DNA of 64,000 bases from positions 2,720,001 through 2,784,000 of the forward strand of contig OY843592.1 of NCBI GenBank assembly GCA_963692865.2, written 5' to 3'. Below, piece after piece: positions 1 through 9,622 of this stretch (position 1 is the first letter of the stretch; each line of letters begins with the position of its first letter). Made by a program: the position numbers and the translations under genes. A model generated the notes under the pieces. It worked only from the letters and a program-made list of their open reading frames with translations. It was not told the DNA's origin and did not search any database. The stretch is from a bacterium (lineage in GTDB: Bacteria > UBA8248).

Positions 1-192
1 GAAAGCGAGCGCGTGAAGGAGATCCACATCAACGACCCCGAGCGCGCCAGGGCGAAACTGCCCCGGATACCCGTGAACCGATTTGCAAGTCCAGAGGAGA
101 TGGCCGAAGTCTCGCTTTTCCTGGTTTCGGACGAGAACGATTTCATGAACGGCGCCTTCATCTCATGCGACGGCGGCACCTTGGCGATGTAG
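1..192 (+). CDS. SDR-family oxidoreductase, C-terminal fragment (truncated by window edge)
   Basis: Frame 1 reads ...IPVNRFASPEEMAEVSLFLVSDENDFMNGAFISCDGGTLAM*, a typical SDR C-terminus. Confidence 0.8.
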   Translation, partial: ESERVKEIHINDPERARAKLPRIPVNRFASPEEMAEVSLFLVSDENDFMNGAFISCDGGTLAM

Positions 193-272
193 GCTGACAG
201 CGGTCACCGGAAGAGAAATGCCCATCCATCGAGAGCATCACGATTCGCCAACCCATGGAGGTTTATCGAGCG

Positions 273-1643
273 ATGAAGAAAGCCCCTGTCGTTTGTGAAG
301 ATGTCACTCCCGCTTTCCCGTCCTACCCGGTGGCGGTCAAGGCCGGTGAACTATTGTTCGTCTCGGGTTTAAGGCCCGCTGGCCCGGCGGGCTTCCCGGA
401 TCTGCCCGAAGCGGGGCGCGAGCAGATGCAGGGCTATCCGCTCGCCGACCTCACCGAAGGCCGCGTCGTCGCGGACTCATGGGCGGTCCACGACAGCCTA
501 GAGAAACTCCTCGTCGCGGCGGGCACGCACAGCGACCAGGTGCTGCGCCAGCACATCTGGCAGCGTGACAAGCGTTATTTCCCCAGCTACGAACACGTCC
601 GGGTGCATTGGCAGCCGACGCCCGCGCCCAGCAGCGGGCTTGGCGTGACGGACGTCGTCGGACGCGGCAGCCACTGGATCGGGATCGACGCCATCGCCGC
701 CTGCACGCAGGCCGGCGGCGTGTTCGGCGAACGCCAGGTGATGACCGACGTTTATAATCCGGACCTGCCAGCGGCCTCGCACTACTGCCAAGCGATTCGC
801 TCGGGCCCGTTCGCCTTCTTCGCCGGCCACATCCCGATCAAGACAGCAGAGCCCGGAAAACCGCTGGTCAACTCGTATGACGACGTGCCGGAGGAGGGCC
901 GCTTCCTCTCGACGGGACGCAGCCATCCCGACAGCCGACACGGCCCCATCGCGTCCCAGACCTGGTATGTCTACAACGAGCTGCGCCGCACGCTCTCAGG
1001 ACACGGCATGGATATGGAAGACGTCGTGAACGTGACGATCTTCCTGGGCGACCTGCGCGATTTCTCCACGTTCCATCGAGTTCACACCCATTTCTTTCCC
1101 GAAGTTCAGCCATCGCTTTGCGTCGTGGGGTTCGACGAGGTGGGCCACCGCGGCACGCGCATCGAGATCGAAATCACCGCCATGGACCGGAGGAGCGGCC
1201 TTGTCCGTCAATCATTCCCATGGCAAGGAGCGGCGCCCTTCGCGGCCCCCGCCGCCACCCAGGCGGGGCCGGTGTGCTTCTTCTCGGGCATGGTGGGCGT
1301 CGACGAGGCGGGAGCGCTCGTCCGGGGCGCCGATTCCCTTCCCGATGCGGGGCGGCGCGCCGTGTTGCCTTTGGAAAAAATAGAGCGGCGGCCGGGCCTC
1401 GCCGCGCAGTGCTGGATGGCGTGGGAGCAACTTCGCGCCAGCGCAGCGGGCGCGGGAATGGAACTGGCGGACATCGCCATGACCAGAGTGTATCTCTCCG
1501 ATCCGGCGGACCTGGCGGTCTACGAGGCGGTTCGCGAGACCTTCATCGAGGAGGACCTGCCCGCGTTCGAATGCGTGATCGTGCATGGCCCCGGACCGGT
1601 CGCGGAAGCGCTGGTCCAAATCGACGCCATCGGCATGAAATAA
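273..1643 (+). CDS. Protein with three tandem Rid (YjgF/YER057c/UK114) domains
   Basis: Three repeats of AVxAGxLxFxSG...IxIxAIA (GELLFVSG..IGIDAIA; GPFAFFAG..IEIEITA; GPVCFFSG..VQIDAIG). GGAGG precedes ATG 273; alternative start 255. Confidence 0.8.
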   Translation: MKKAPVVCEDVTPAFPSYPVAVKAGELLFVSGLRPAGPAGFPDLPEAGREQMQGYPLADLTEGRVVADSWAVHDSLEKLLVAAGTHSDQVLRQHIWQRDKRYFPSYEHVRVHWQPTPAPSSGLGVTDVVGRGSHWIGIDAIAACTQAGGVFGERQVMTDVYNPDLPAASHYCQAIRSGPFAFFAGHIPIKTAEPGKPLVNSYDDVPEEGRFLSTGRSHPDSRHGPIASQTWYVYNELRRTLSGHGMDMEDVVNVTIFLGDLRDFSTFHRVHTHFFPEVQPSLCVVGFDEVGHRGTRIEIEITAMDRRSGLVRQSFPWQGAAPFAAPAATQAGPVCFFSGMVGVDEAGALVRGADSLPDAGRRAVLPLEKIERRPGLAAQCWMAWEQLRASAAGAGMELADIAMTRVYLSDPADLAVYEAVRETFIEEDLPAFECVIVHGPGPVAEALVQIDAIGMK

Positions 1644-1673
1644 CGAAGGCGGACGATTCGGCTTCTTACGGCG

Positions 1674-2357
1674 TCAGAACCAGGCCCACAAATCTTCTTT
1701 TGCGCGGAGTTCCTCGCTTGCGCCGTCGAACACCACGCGCCCGCCTTTGAGCACGATTGCGCGCTCGACGACGTCCAGGGCGGCGAGCACGTTCTGTTCG
1801 ACGAGGATCAGCCCGGTGCCGAGTTCCGAGTTGATGCGCGAGAGCGAGCCCAGCACGTTTTTCACGATTGCCGGAGCGAGGCCGGCGGTCGGTTCGTCGA
1901 GCAGGAGGACTTGGGGCCGCGTCATCAAGGCCAGCGCGACGGCGAGCATCTGCTGCTCCCCGCCGCTCATGTCGCCTGCGAGCTGACTCTGACGCTCTCG
2001 CAGCAGCGGGAAAAGGGCGTAGGCCTCATCCAGAAACGAGGAGTCTGACTTCGAACCCGCAATGTGCAGGTTCTGTTCGACCGTCAGGTTCGGAAAGACA
2101 TTCTGGACTTGCGGTACGAAACCGATTCCCAGCATAACGTTTCGGTGAACCTGATCGGCAATTATTGGTGAACCACCAAAAGCCACGGCGCCGGAAACAT
2201 CCCTGACGCCGCCGACCAGACACTTGAGAAACGTCGACTTGCCCGAACCGTTGTGACCGAAAATCCCCATCCGCACACCGGTATCGAAGGAGAGCGACAC
2301 GTCGTTCACGGCGATAAGCGGCCCGTAGCGGGCCGTGAGGTTTTGGACTTCAAACAT
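1674..2357 (-). CDS. Branched-chain amino acid-type ABC transporter ATP-binding protein (LivF-like)
   Basis: Walker A GHNGSGKS, signature MSGGEQQM, Walker B LLLDEP; start MFEVQNL. Confidence 0.9.
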   Translation of the reverse strand: MFEVQNLTARYGPLIAVNDVSLSFDTGVRMGIFGHNGSGKSTFLKCLVGGVRDVSGAVAFGGSPIIADQVHRNVMLGIGFVPQVQNVFPNLTVEQNLHIAGSKSDSSFLDEAYALFPLLRERQSQLAGDMSGGEQQMLAVALALMTRPQVLLLDEPTAGLAPAIVKNVLGSLSRINSELGTGLILVEQNVLAALDVVERAIVLKGGRVVFDGASEELRAKEDLWAWF

Positions 2358-2370
2358 CGTTCTCTCTCGA

Positions 2371-3141
2371 TTACTGCGGGTGTTCGCCGCCGAAATACAG
2401 GTCCGTGAGCTGCGAATCGCGTGTGAGTTCGTCGACGGAGCCGCTGGCAAGAACACATCCGTTGAACATGAAAACCGTGCGATCGCTGATGTCGCGGATG
2501 AACGAGATGTTGTGCTCCACCACGCAGACCGCGCGCCCGGCCTGGGCCTCTTCGCGGATGACGCGGATGATCGTCTCATACGCCTGCCCCTCGACGCCCG
2601 CCATGGGTTCGTCCAGCAACAGGCACGCCGCGTCGCTCATCAGCGCCCGGGCGAGGCCGATCCGCTTCTGCTGGCCGTAGGAGAGTTCGATCGCCATCTC
2701 GTGCATCTTGTCCGCGAGTCCCACCCGATCGAGTAGCGCCATGGCCTTCTCCGTCGCTTCCTGGCGGAAGGCGTCGACCGCGCGGCGGCGGAACAGAATG
2801 CGCGCCAGCGATTCTCCGGGGTAGCGCCGCGTCGCTATCAGCAGGTTGTCAATTACCGACATCGAGTGAAACATCCGGGTATTCTGCCAGGTTCGGGCCA
2901 GGCCGATCCGCGCGCGATGGTGCATGGGCAATTGATCCACGCGATGACCTTCCAGAATTATTGAACCCGCATCCGGGGGAATCACGCCCGAGATCAGATT
3001 GAACAAAGACGTCTTGCCCGCCCCGTTGGGACCGATGAGCCCGACGATCTCGCCTGCCCCGAAGCTCAGGTTGACGTCGTCCGCCACCACGATTCCGCCA
3101 AAGCTCTTGTGCAGATCCTCGACCCTGACGACTGCGCTCAT
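2371..3141 (-). CDS. Branched-chain amino acid-type ABC transporter ATP-binding protein (LivG-like)
   Basis: GPNGAGKT, LSYGQQKR, LLLDEP; ATG overlaps the upstream permease stop. Confidence 0.9.
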   Translation of the reverse strand: MSAVVRVEDLHKSFGGIVVADDVNLSFGAGEIVGLIGPNGAGKTSLFNLISGVIPPDAGSIILEGHRVDQLPMHHRARIGLARTWQNTRMFHSMSVIDNLLIATRRYPGESLARILFRRRAVDAFRQEATEKAMALLDRVGLADKMHEMAIELSYGQQKRIGLARALMSDAACLLLDEPMAGVEGQAYETIIRVIREEAQAGRAVCVVEHNISFIRDISDRTVFMFNGCVLASGSVDELTRDSQLTDLYFGGEHPQ

Positions 3142-4052
3142 TCCGCATCCCTCCTCGCCCTGAAGGCCGCGCTCGCGCTCCAGGCCTCGAGTCCTCCACC
3201 ACCTCTGGCGCCTCCCGTCAGTCCCTGGGGACGCGCGAAGAGGAAGAATATGACGAGCGTCGTGTAAATGACGCCCTGGAGCGGCGCCATGATGGAAACG
3301 GGCAGACCGAGAAACGTGATGGCCTGCGGAAGGGTCGTCAGGAGCACGGCTCCCACCAGGGGGCCCCACGTCGTGGCGGCGCCGCCCACGACCACCATCG
3401 TCAAGAGAGCCGCCGAGGTGAATATGCCGAACTGCTCGGGGGTGACGTAGGCGAAGTAATGCGCATACAGCGCGCCCGCGAGGCCGGCCATGCCCGAGCC
3501 GATGGCGAACAGGACAATCTTGATGTTCATCGCGTTACGGCCCATGGCGCTGAAGGCCTCCTCGTCGTTTCGCATGGCGGTGATGGCCCGCCCGTAATCC
3601 CCCTCGACAATCCAACCCACAAGCAAAACCGCGCAGGCGGCGACGACCGCGATGAGCAACACGAAGACGAGGCTGCGCGAGGGGCCTTCGTTGAGCACCG
3701 GAATGTTGGTCAGCCCGCCGGCCGCGCCGGTGAAGTCCAGGTTGTTGATGACGTGCAGGATGCCCAGTTGAAACCCGATGCTGGCGATGACGAGGTAATC
3801 ACCCGATACGCGAAGCGAGGGCAGCGACACGCCGAACGATAGCGCCATCGCGACCAGCGCTCCCATGACTATCGCGAGCGGAACCGGTATCTGCAAATGA
3901 ATCGCGAGCAGGCCTGAACAATACGCCCCGATGGCGTAGAAGATGGGGTGGGCGACGCTCATCAGTCCGCCGTATCCCAGAATGAGGTTGAAGCTCGTGG
4001 CGAGGATCACGTTGATCCCGATGAGCACCATCACGGTCAGGATGTATTCCAT
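3138..4052 (-). CDS. ABC transporter permease (LivM-like)
   Basis: Hydrophobic; FNLILGYGGLMS, LRVSGDYLVIAS and MVVVGG motifs. Confidence 0.9.
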   Translation of the reverse strand: MEYILTVMVLIGINVILATSFNLILGYGGLMSVAHPIFYAIGAYCSGLLAIHLQIPVPLAIVMGALVAMALSFGVSLPSLRVSGDYLVIASIGFQLGILHVINNLDFTGAAGGLTNIPVLNEGPSRSLVFVLLIAVVAACAVLLVGWIVEGDYGRAITAMRNDEEAFSAMGRNAMNIKIVLFAIGSGMAGLAGALYAHYFAYVTPEQFGIFTSAALLTMVVVGGAATTWGPLVGAVLLTTLPQAITFLGLPVSIMAPLQGVIYTTLVIFFLFARPQGLTGGARGGGGLEAWSASAAFRARRDAE

Positions 4053-4059
4053 ATCCCGC

Positions 4060-5007
4060 TCAGTCTCCCGCCGAATCAGCAGCCGCTACGACGGCGGAGC
4101 GGCCCGAGGCTCTCGCCACCCCGCGCAACCGGCGCGGCAGGGCGAATCCGCGCGGGAAGAAAATGATGACGACGAATATGAGTATATACGCGAGCAGCGC
4201 CTGCCATTTGGACGCGATGACGAGAATGCTGAACGCCTGTATGAGACTCAGGGCGACTGCTGCGATTCCGGCGCGAAAGACGTTGCCGATACCGGCCAGA
4301 ATCGTCGCAATGACGGCGAATATCAGCAGATGCTGGAGCGGCGTGGAGGGAAACAACGCCGCCTTGGTCCCGAAAAGATACATGCCGGCGGTGATGAGCA
4401 CCGCGGCGATGGAGATCGAAACGCCATAGGCGCGCTTTCGGCTGATTCCGTATATCTCCGCCAGATTCTCATTGTCGGCCACGGCAATCAGATACTGGCC
4501 GTAGCGCGTGCGGTGGATAAAGAGATAGAGGATCAGCATCAGCACCGCCGTCACCGCAATCGCCATCAAGTCCCAGTGGCTGATCGCGATGCCGCCGTAA
4601 AGATCGACGGGCCACAAGAGACTCGGGTAGAGCGTCTGCGGCTCCGTCCCGAAGAAGAGTTCGATGAGGTAACCCGAGAACTCCGAAAAGACGATCGTGA
4701 AGATGAACAGGGTCAGAATCGAGGAGTTGCGGTCTCGGAACACCATGAAGGCGTAGCGCTCGAGAGCGAGCGAGACGGCGAGCGTTATGAGGAGCCCGAA
4801 AATCAGGGCGGGAACCAGCGGTAATCCCCAGTGCCGGAACGCTACGAGCAGGGAGTAATAGGCGAACACCATCACTCCGGCCTGGGCGAAGTTCCATATC
4901 TTGTTGACCTTGAGGACGAGGGAAAAGGCCACCGCGAACAAGCAGTAATATGTCGCGGCGGCGAATCCCGTCCACAGGAGTTGCCCCAAAATTCCCCAGG
5001 TCAGCAT
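4060..5007 (-). CDS. ABC transporter permease (LivH-like)
   Basis: Hydrophobic; NFAQA and TRYGQYLIAVADNENLAEIYGI motifs. Confidence 0.9.
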   Translation of the reverse strand: MLTWGILGQLLWTGFAAATYYCLFAVAFSLVLKVNKIWNFAQAGVMVFAYYSLLVAFRHWGLPLVPALIFGLLITLAVSLALERYAFMVFRDRNSSILTLFIFTIVFSEFSGYLIELFFGTEPQTLYPSLLWPVDLYGGIAISHWDLMAIAVTAVLMLILYLFIHRTRYGQYLIAVADNENLAEIYGISRKRAYGVSISIAAVLITAGMYLFGTKAALFPSTPLQHLLIFAVIATILAGIGNVFRAGIAAVALSLIQAFSILVIASKWQALLAYILIFVVIIFFPRGFALPRRLRGVARASGRSAVVAAADSAGD

Positions 5008-5081
5008 GGCTTGACGTCACACACGATAAAATCCCGGTGAGCGCGCCCGACGGCGCGCCCACTCAGTGAAAACATACGGGA

Positions 5082-6266
5082 TCAGTCCTTCTGGGAGCCG
5101 ATCAGCGTGAATTTGCCGCCCTTCACTTGCCAGAAATAGACCGGTTTTTTGACCGTGTGATCGTCGTTGATGGTCACCGTATTGGTCAAAGGCTGCTCGA
5201 ACGTCTTTATTGCCACCAGAGCCTTGCGCATGTTCTCGCCGGTGATCGGCAGCTTCCTGTCCAGCACCCACTTGAAAAGCGCCGCCACGATGTAGGGCGC
5301 ATCATAGAAATATTGCGTGTAGGGCAGCCCGATGGGGGTGCGCTTGTACGCCTTTTTCCAACGCTCGAGATAGGCGGGCAGGTTCTTGTTGTCTTCCACG
5401 CTGGGAGCCAGTGCGGTCACGATGATGCCTTCTGCGCCCTTGCCCAACTGCTGGATCATCTTCGGATTAAAAGCCGTCTGGTAGCTGGTGATCTGGGTCT
5501 TCACGCCGAGTTGGCGCATCTGCGCGACGACGGCCGTAAAATCGCGGATCACGCTGTGGATGTGGATGATGTCGGGATTCGCCGCTTTTACCTTGAGCAC
5601 CAGTCCGGTGAAGTCCGAGCGTTCCTGCTCGTAGGACTCATAGACGACGACTTTACCGCCGGCCTTCTTGAAACTGTCGCTGAAAACCTTGGCCCCGTCC
5701 CGGCCCGTCTCGTGGTTCACGTGCAAGACGGCGGCGCGGCGCTTGCCCATCTTCTGATAGGCGTATTTGCCCAAGGCGTTCATATCCACGTCGGCCAGCG
5801 GGAAAGTCGTATAGACGTAATCGCCCAGCCGCGCGATGGCAGGGGCGTTCGCTCCCACGCTGAGCATCAACACCTTCTCGCGGTTGGCGATGGGCGCGAC
5901 CGCCTTGACCACGTTACTGAAAGCGGTGATGTACACGGGCACCTTCTCTACGTGGACGAAGCGGTTGACCACCGCGATGCCGACCTCGGGTTTCGCCTGA
6001 TGATCCAGAATGATGGCTTCGAGGGGATGGCCGTTGACGCCGCCCTTGGCGTTGATGTCCTCGACCGCCCAGCGGACCGCCTGCATCTGGTCCTTGCCGA
6101 AAATCGCGGCGGGTCCGGTCAGAGGGTCGGCGACCCCGAAGCGAAGCGGTTTCTTCTTGGCCGCCGATGAGGCACCCGCCAGCGGGCCGCCCATCAAACC
6201 AACCGCTACGACGAGCGCAACCCAGAAGGAAGCGCGTTTCAGAAGGCGCGAAAAGATATGGCTCAT
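5082..6266 (-). CDS. ABC transporter substrate-binding protein (LivJ/LivK family)
   Basis: Signal peptide followed by PLTGPAAIFG...AVEDINAKGGVNG; first gene of the operon. Confidence 0.9.
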   Translation of the reverse strand: MSHIFSRLLKRASFWVALVVAVGLMGGPLAGASSAAKKKPLRFGVADPLTGPAAIFGKDQMQAVRWAVEDINAKGGVNGHPLEAIILDHQAKPEVGIAVVNRFVHVEKVPVYITAFSNVVKAVAPIANREKVLMLSVGANAPAIARLGDYVYTTFPLADVDMNALGKYAYQKMGKRRAAVLHVNHETGRDGAKVFSDSFKKAGGKVVVYESYEQERSDFTGLVLKVKAANPDIIHIHSVIRDFTAVVAQMRQLGVKTQITSYQTAFNPKMIQQLGKGAEGIIVTALAPSVEDNKNLPAYLERWKKAYKRTPIGLPYTQYFYDAPYIVAALFKWVLDRKLPITGENMRKALVAIKTFEQPLTNTVTINDDHTVKKPVYFWQVKGGKFTLIGSQKD

Positions 6267-6411
6267 CGATTTTTCTCCCGTGTGGATATGGACTCAGAAT
6301 TCAACTGTTTGAGAGTGCGAAAATTACAACATGGCCCTTAGTTTCGTGTCAACGTTTACGCGAGGCAATCAACAGGCGCAGCAGAAATCCCAAAGAGCGG
6401 CGAGTTGAGCG

Positions 6412-7485
6412 TCACCTGCCGTGGGCGCGGTGGTACTGGTCGGCGACATAAGCCTCATCCATCACGCCGAGCGCGGCGGCCGCCTTTTGCGGCCAGTAGG
6501 GCTCACGCAGCATCTCGCGCGCCATGAAGACGATGTCGGCCTCGCCGTTTCGGACAATCTGATCCGCCTGCCAGGCCTGGGTGATCATACCCACGGTGGC
6601 GGTGGGAATTTCGGCACCTGCGCGCACGGCTTTTGAGAGCGGCGCCTGATAACCCGGCCCCACGGGAATCCTCGCCAGCGGCGTTCCTCCGCCCCCGCTG
6701 CAATCGATGAGATCGACGCCTTCGGTTTTCAGGATTCTGGCGAGTTCAATCGTTTCATCGAGCGTCCAGCCACCCTCGTAATAATCGGTGCACGAGAGGC
6801 GGATGGCCAGCGGCTTTTCCTCCGGCCATTGCTCCCTCACGATTCGGACGGTCTCCACAGTGAAGCGGATGCGGTTCTCGAAGCTGCCGCCGTAGTTGTC
6901 CTCCCTTTGGTTCGAAACCGGAGAATGGAAACTGTGGAAGAGATACCCGTGCGCGCCGTGGATTTCGAGCCACCCGAAACCCGCCTCGTCGGCGCGCCTC
7001 GCGCCCTGGCGAAACGCCTCCTGAATCTCGGCAATCGCCTCGACGCGCAACGCTTCGGGGGTACGCGCCTTCTCGTGAAACGGAATCGCGCTGGGCGCAA
7101 CGATCCGCCATCCGCCCTCCTCGTCGGAGAGATAACCCCCGCCCTCCCATGTGGGAGCGCAACTGCCCTTGCGGCCCGCGTGCCCTATCTGAATACCGGC
7201 GACGGCCCCTTGCCCCGAGACGAAACGCGCGACCCGCGCCAGCGGCTCGACATGCTCGTCCGACCAGATGCCCGAACAACCGCGCGTAATGCGCCCGCGC
7301 GCCTCCACGTTCGTCATCTCGACCATCACCAGACCCGCGCCGCCGACCGCGCGTGCGCCCAGGTGGACGAGATGCCAGTCGGTGAGCTTGCCCTCATCCG
7401 CGCTGTACTGACACATGGGGGACACGCAAATCCGGTTTCTGAGCGTGACGCCCCGCAATGAAAACGCATCGAAAAGTTTCGCCAT
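6412..7485 (-). CDS. NADH:flavin oxidoreductase (old yellow enzyme, YqjM/NamA-like)
   Basis: NRICVSPMCQY, HAGRK and EIHGAHGYL motifs. Confidence 0.92.
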   Translation of the reverse strand: MAKLFDAFSLRGVTLRNRICVSPMCQYSADEGKLTDWHLVHLGARAVGGAGLVMVEMTNVEARGRITRGCSGIWSDEHVEPLARVARFVSGQGAVAGIQIGHAGRKGSCAPTWEGGGYLSDEEGGWRIVAPSAIPFHEKARTPEALRVEAIAEIQEAFRQGARRADEAGFGWLEIHGAHGYLFHSFHSPVSNQREDNYGGSFENRIRFTVETVRIVREQWPEEKPLAIRLSCTDYYEGGWTLDETIELARILKTEGVDLIDCSGGGGTPLARIPVGPGYQAPLSKAVRAGAEIPTATVGMITQAWQADQIVRNGEADIVFMAREMLREPYWPQKAAAALGVMDEAYVADQYHRAHGR

Positions 7486-7575
7486 CTTTCCTCTCGTCCC
7501 TCAAAAGCTCAAGAAAAATCCTCCGGGCGGCGCTTGAGAATCCCGCCCGGAGGAGAAAAACGAATAAGTTGCTAC

Positions 7576-8364
7576 TTACGGCGTCGCCCTGCGTCCGCCG
7601 CCGTCCATGTAGAGGGAGCTTCCGTTCACGTAAGAACACGCGGCGGAGGCCAGGAACGCCGCGACGTTCGCCACCTCCTCGGGCTCGGCGATCCTCCCGG
7701 CGGGCGTCCGCGCGCCGACATCTTTCAAAAACTCCTCCACGTCCTTGCCCGCCTTGTCCGCAGGTCCCTGCATGATGTCGCGCGCGCGCTGCGTGTTCGT
7801 CATGCCCGGGCAGACGGTGTTCACCTGAATGCCCTCTCCCGCCACGGCGTCCGAGAGGGCTCTCGTGTTGTTGAGCACCGTGATGTTCGCAGCGCTCGTG
7901 GGGATGTTTCCCCGCGCGGGACTCGTTCCCGCTCCACCCGCGATGTTCACGATGCGGCCCCAGCCGTTTTTCTTCATGTGGGGGATCACCAACTGGGACA
8001 TTCGCAGATATCCATACGTCTTGAGCGCGAGCGCCTCGGTGATGAACTCCGCGTCGAGCGTCAGGATGTCTCCGCCCCGCGCCGCGCCCGCGCTGTTGAT
8101 GAGAATGTCCACGCCGCCGAAATTCGCGACGCACGCATCGACCACCTGCCGGCAGCCATCAAGCGAGGTCAGGTCCGAGGAGACGGACATTCCCTCGCCT
8201 CCCGCGGCGTTCACGGCCTCCACCGCTGTGGCCAATAGTCCCTCATCACGCGCCGTGACGCACACGCGGGCGCCTTCTCTCGCCAGCGCAATCGCGCATT
8301 CACGGCCGATGCCCCGGCTCGCGCCCGTTACGATGGCAATCTTTCCCGTCAAACCTAGGTCCAT
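7576..8364 (-). CDS. SDR-family oxidoreductase
   Basis: TGASRGIG and NSAG motifs; catalytic YxxxK is atypical (TSAAN). Confidence 0.88.
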   Translation of the reverse strand: MDLGLTGKIAIVTGASRGIGRECAIALAREGARVCVTARDEGLLATAVEAVNAAGGEGMSVSSDLTSLDGCRQVVDACVANFGGVDILINSAGAARGGDILTLDAEFITEALALKTYGYLRMSQLVIPHMKKNGWGRIVNIAGGAGTSPARGNIPTSAANITVLNNTRALSDAVAGEGIQVNTVCPGMTNTQRARDIMQGPADKAGKDVEEFLKDVGARTPAGRIAEPEEVANVAAFLASAACSYVNGSSLYMDGGGRRATP

Positions 8365-8405
8365 CTTTTTCTCCTTAGAAAATCATAAAATAAAAAGGAT
8401 ATCTC

Positions 8406-9494
8406 CTAAGCCAGCACGAGCTGGCAAGGATTCGTGGCGCGGTATTCCGCCTTCTTGTCGGTGATCTCCATCACGCGGGGCAGGCTTTCGATCCCGTGCT
8501 CCTCGTGCGTGATGAGGGAGCGCACGTCTATCCTCCCGCTGGCCACCCACTTCCCGCCCAGCGCCACGGTGTCCGCGCCGTGTCCTTCCGGGAAAATCCA
8601 CTGAATCCCCTGCGCGCGCATGAAGACCGGGTCGAATTTCACGTCTCCGATCAAACCCGCTATCTGGATGACGCGCCCGCCGATGCGCACCATGCGCGTC
8701 GCCTGGTGAAGCGTGGTGTGGCCGGAGAGGCCCTGATCCGCGTTACCGCCCGCGCACTCGAATACGAGGTCGACGCCCCGGCCCTCCGTGATAGCCATCA
8801 CCCTCTCCACGGGGTCGTCGGTTCTCGCGTCGATGACTTCGTCCGCACCGAATTTGCGGCTCAAGGCGAGGGCTTCATCCTTCACGTCGCTCACGTAGAC
8901 GGCGCCCGCCCCGCAGGTGCGCGCGGCCTGCAAAGCGTAGAGGCCCATGACCCCCTGCCCGGTGATGGCCACCGTCTCGCCCGGCTGTACCTTCGCGTCG
9001 CGCATGGCGGCGACCGTGGAGGAAAGCGGCTGAAGACAGGCGATGGAAGAATCGTCCAGCGTCTGCGGCGGCTTCACGAGGCCGTGCGCCGGAAGCGGGA
9101 TGTATTCGGCGAACGCCCCCGGCGTGTTGATGCCCACGTGCAGCTTGTCGATGCAGTACATCTCCCGGCCCTCGCGGCAGAAACTGCACTCGAGACACGG
9201 AACGTGGCCCGAGGTGCACACCCTGTCGCCCGGCTTGAGATGCTCGACGCCATCGCCCACCTCGACGACTTCCGCGCTCATCTCATGCCCCAGCAACTGG
9301 ACGGGCGCGTGCTTTTCGAGCATTTCCCTCATAAGCGCCGAATTGATGGTTCCGATGCCCAGGGATCTCTGTACGTCTGTAATGCTCGGCTGCACCCGCC
9401 GCACCTTGCACACGGCCCAGCCCGGCTTCACCTCGGGGTCAGGCACTTCATCCAATCGCATATCGCCAAAGGCGTAGAAACGCCACGCTCTCAT
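8406..9494 (-). CDS. Zinc-binding (MDR) alcohol/polyol dehydrogenase
   Basis: GHE motif, structural Zn site CLECSFCREGREMYC, GQGVMG Rossmann loop. Confidence 0.88.
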   Translation of the reverse strand: MRAWRFYAFGDMRLDEVPDPEVKPGWAVCKVRRVQPSITDVQRSLGIGTINSALMREMLEKHAPVQLLGHEMSAEVVEVGDGVEHLKPGDRVCTSGHVPCLECSFCREGREMYCIDKLHVGINTPGAFAEYIPLPAHGLVKPPQTLDDSSIACLQPLSSTVAAMRDAKVQPGETVAITGQGVMGLYALQAARTCGAGAVYVSDVKDEALALSRKFGADEVIDARTDDPVERVMAITEGRGVDLVFECAGGNADQGLSGHTTLHQATRMVRIGGRVIQIAGLIGDVKFDPVFMRAQGIQWIFPEGHGADTVALGGKWVASGRIDVRSLITHEEHGIESLPRVMEITDKKAEYRATNPCQLVLA

Positions 9495-9622
9495 GCTTGC
9501 GAATCCTCCATGTATAAAGGCAAACTCACCGCAATAGCTCTTAACACTCTTTTCCCCATCCGCCAAGACGGGGCGGGGGGATTTATTTGCGCGCCGCTTT
9601 CCAGCCCGCGCAGGGAGAAAAC

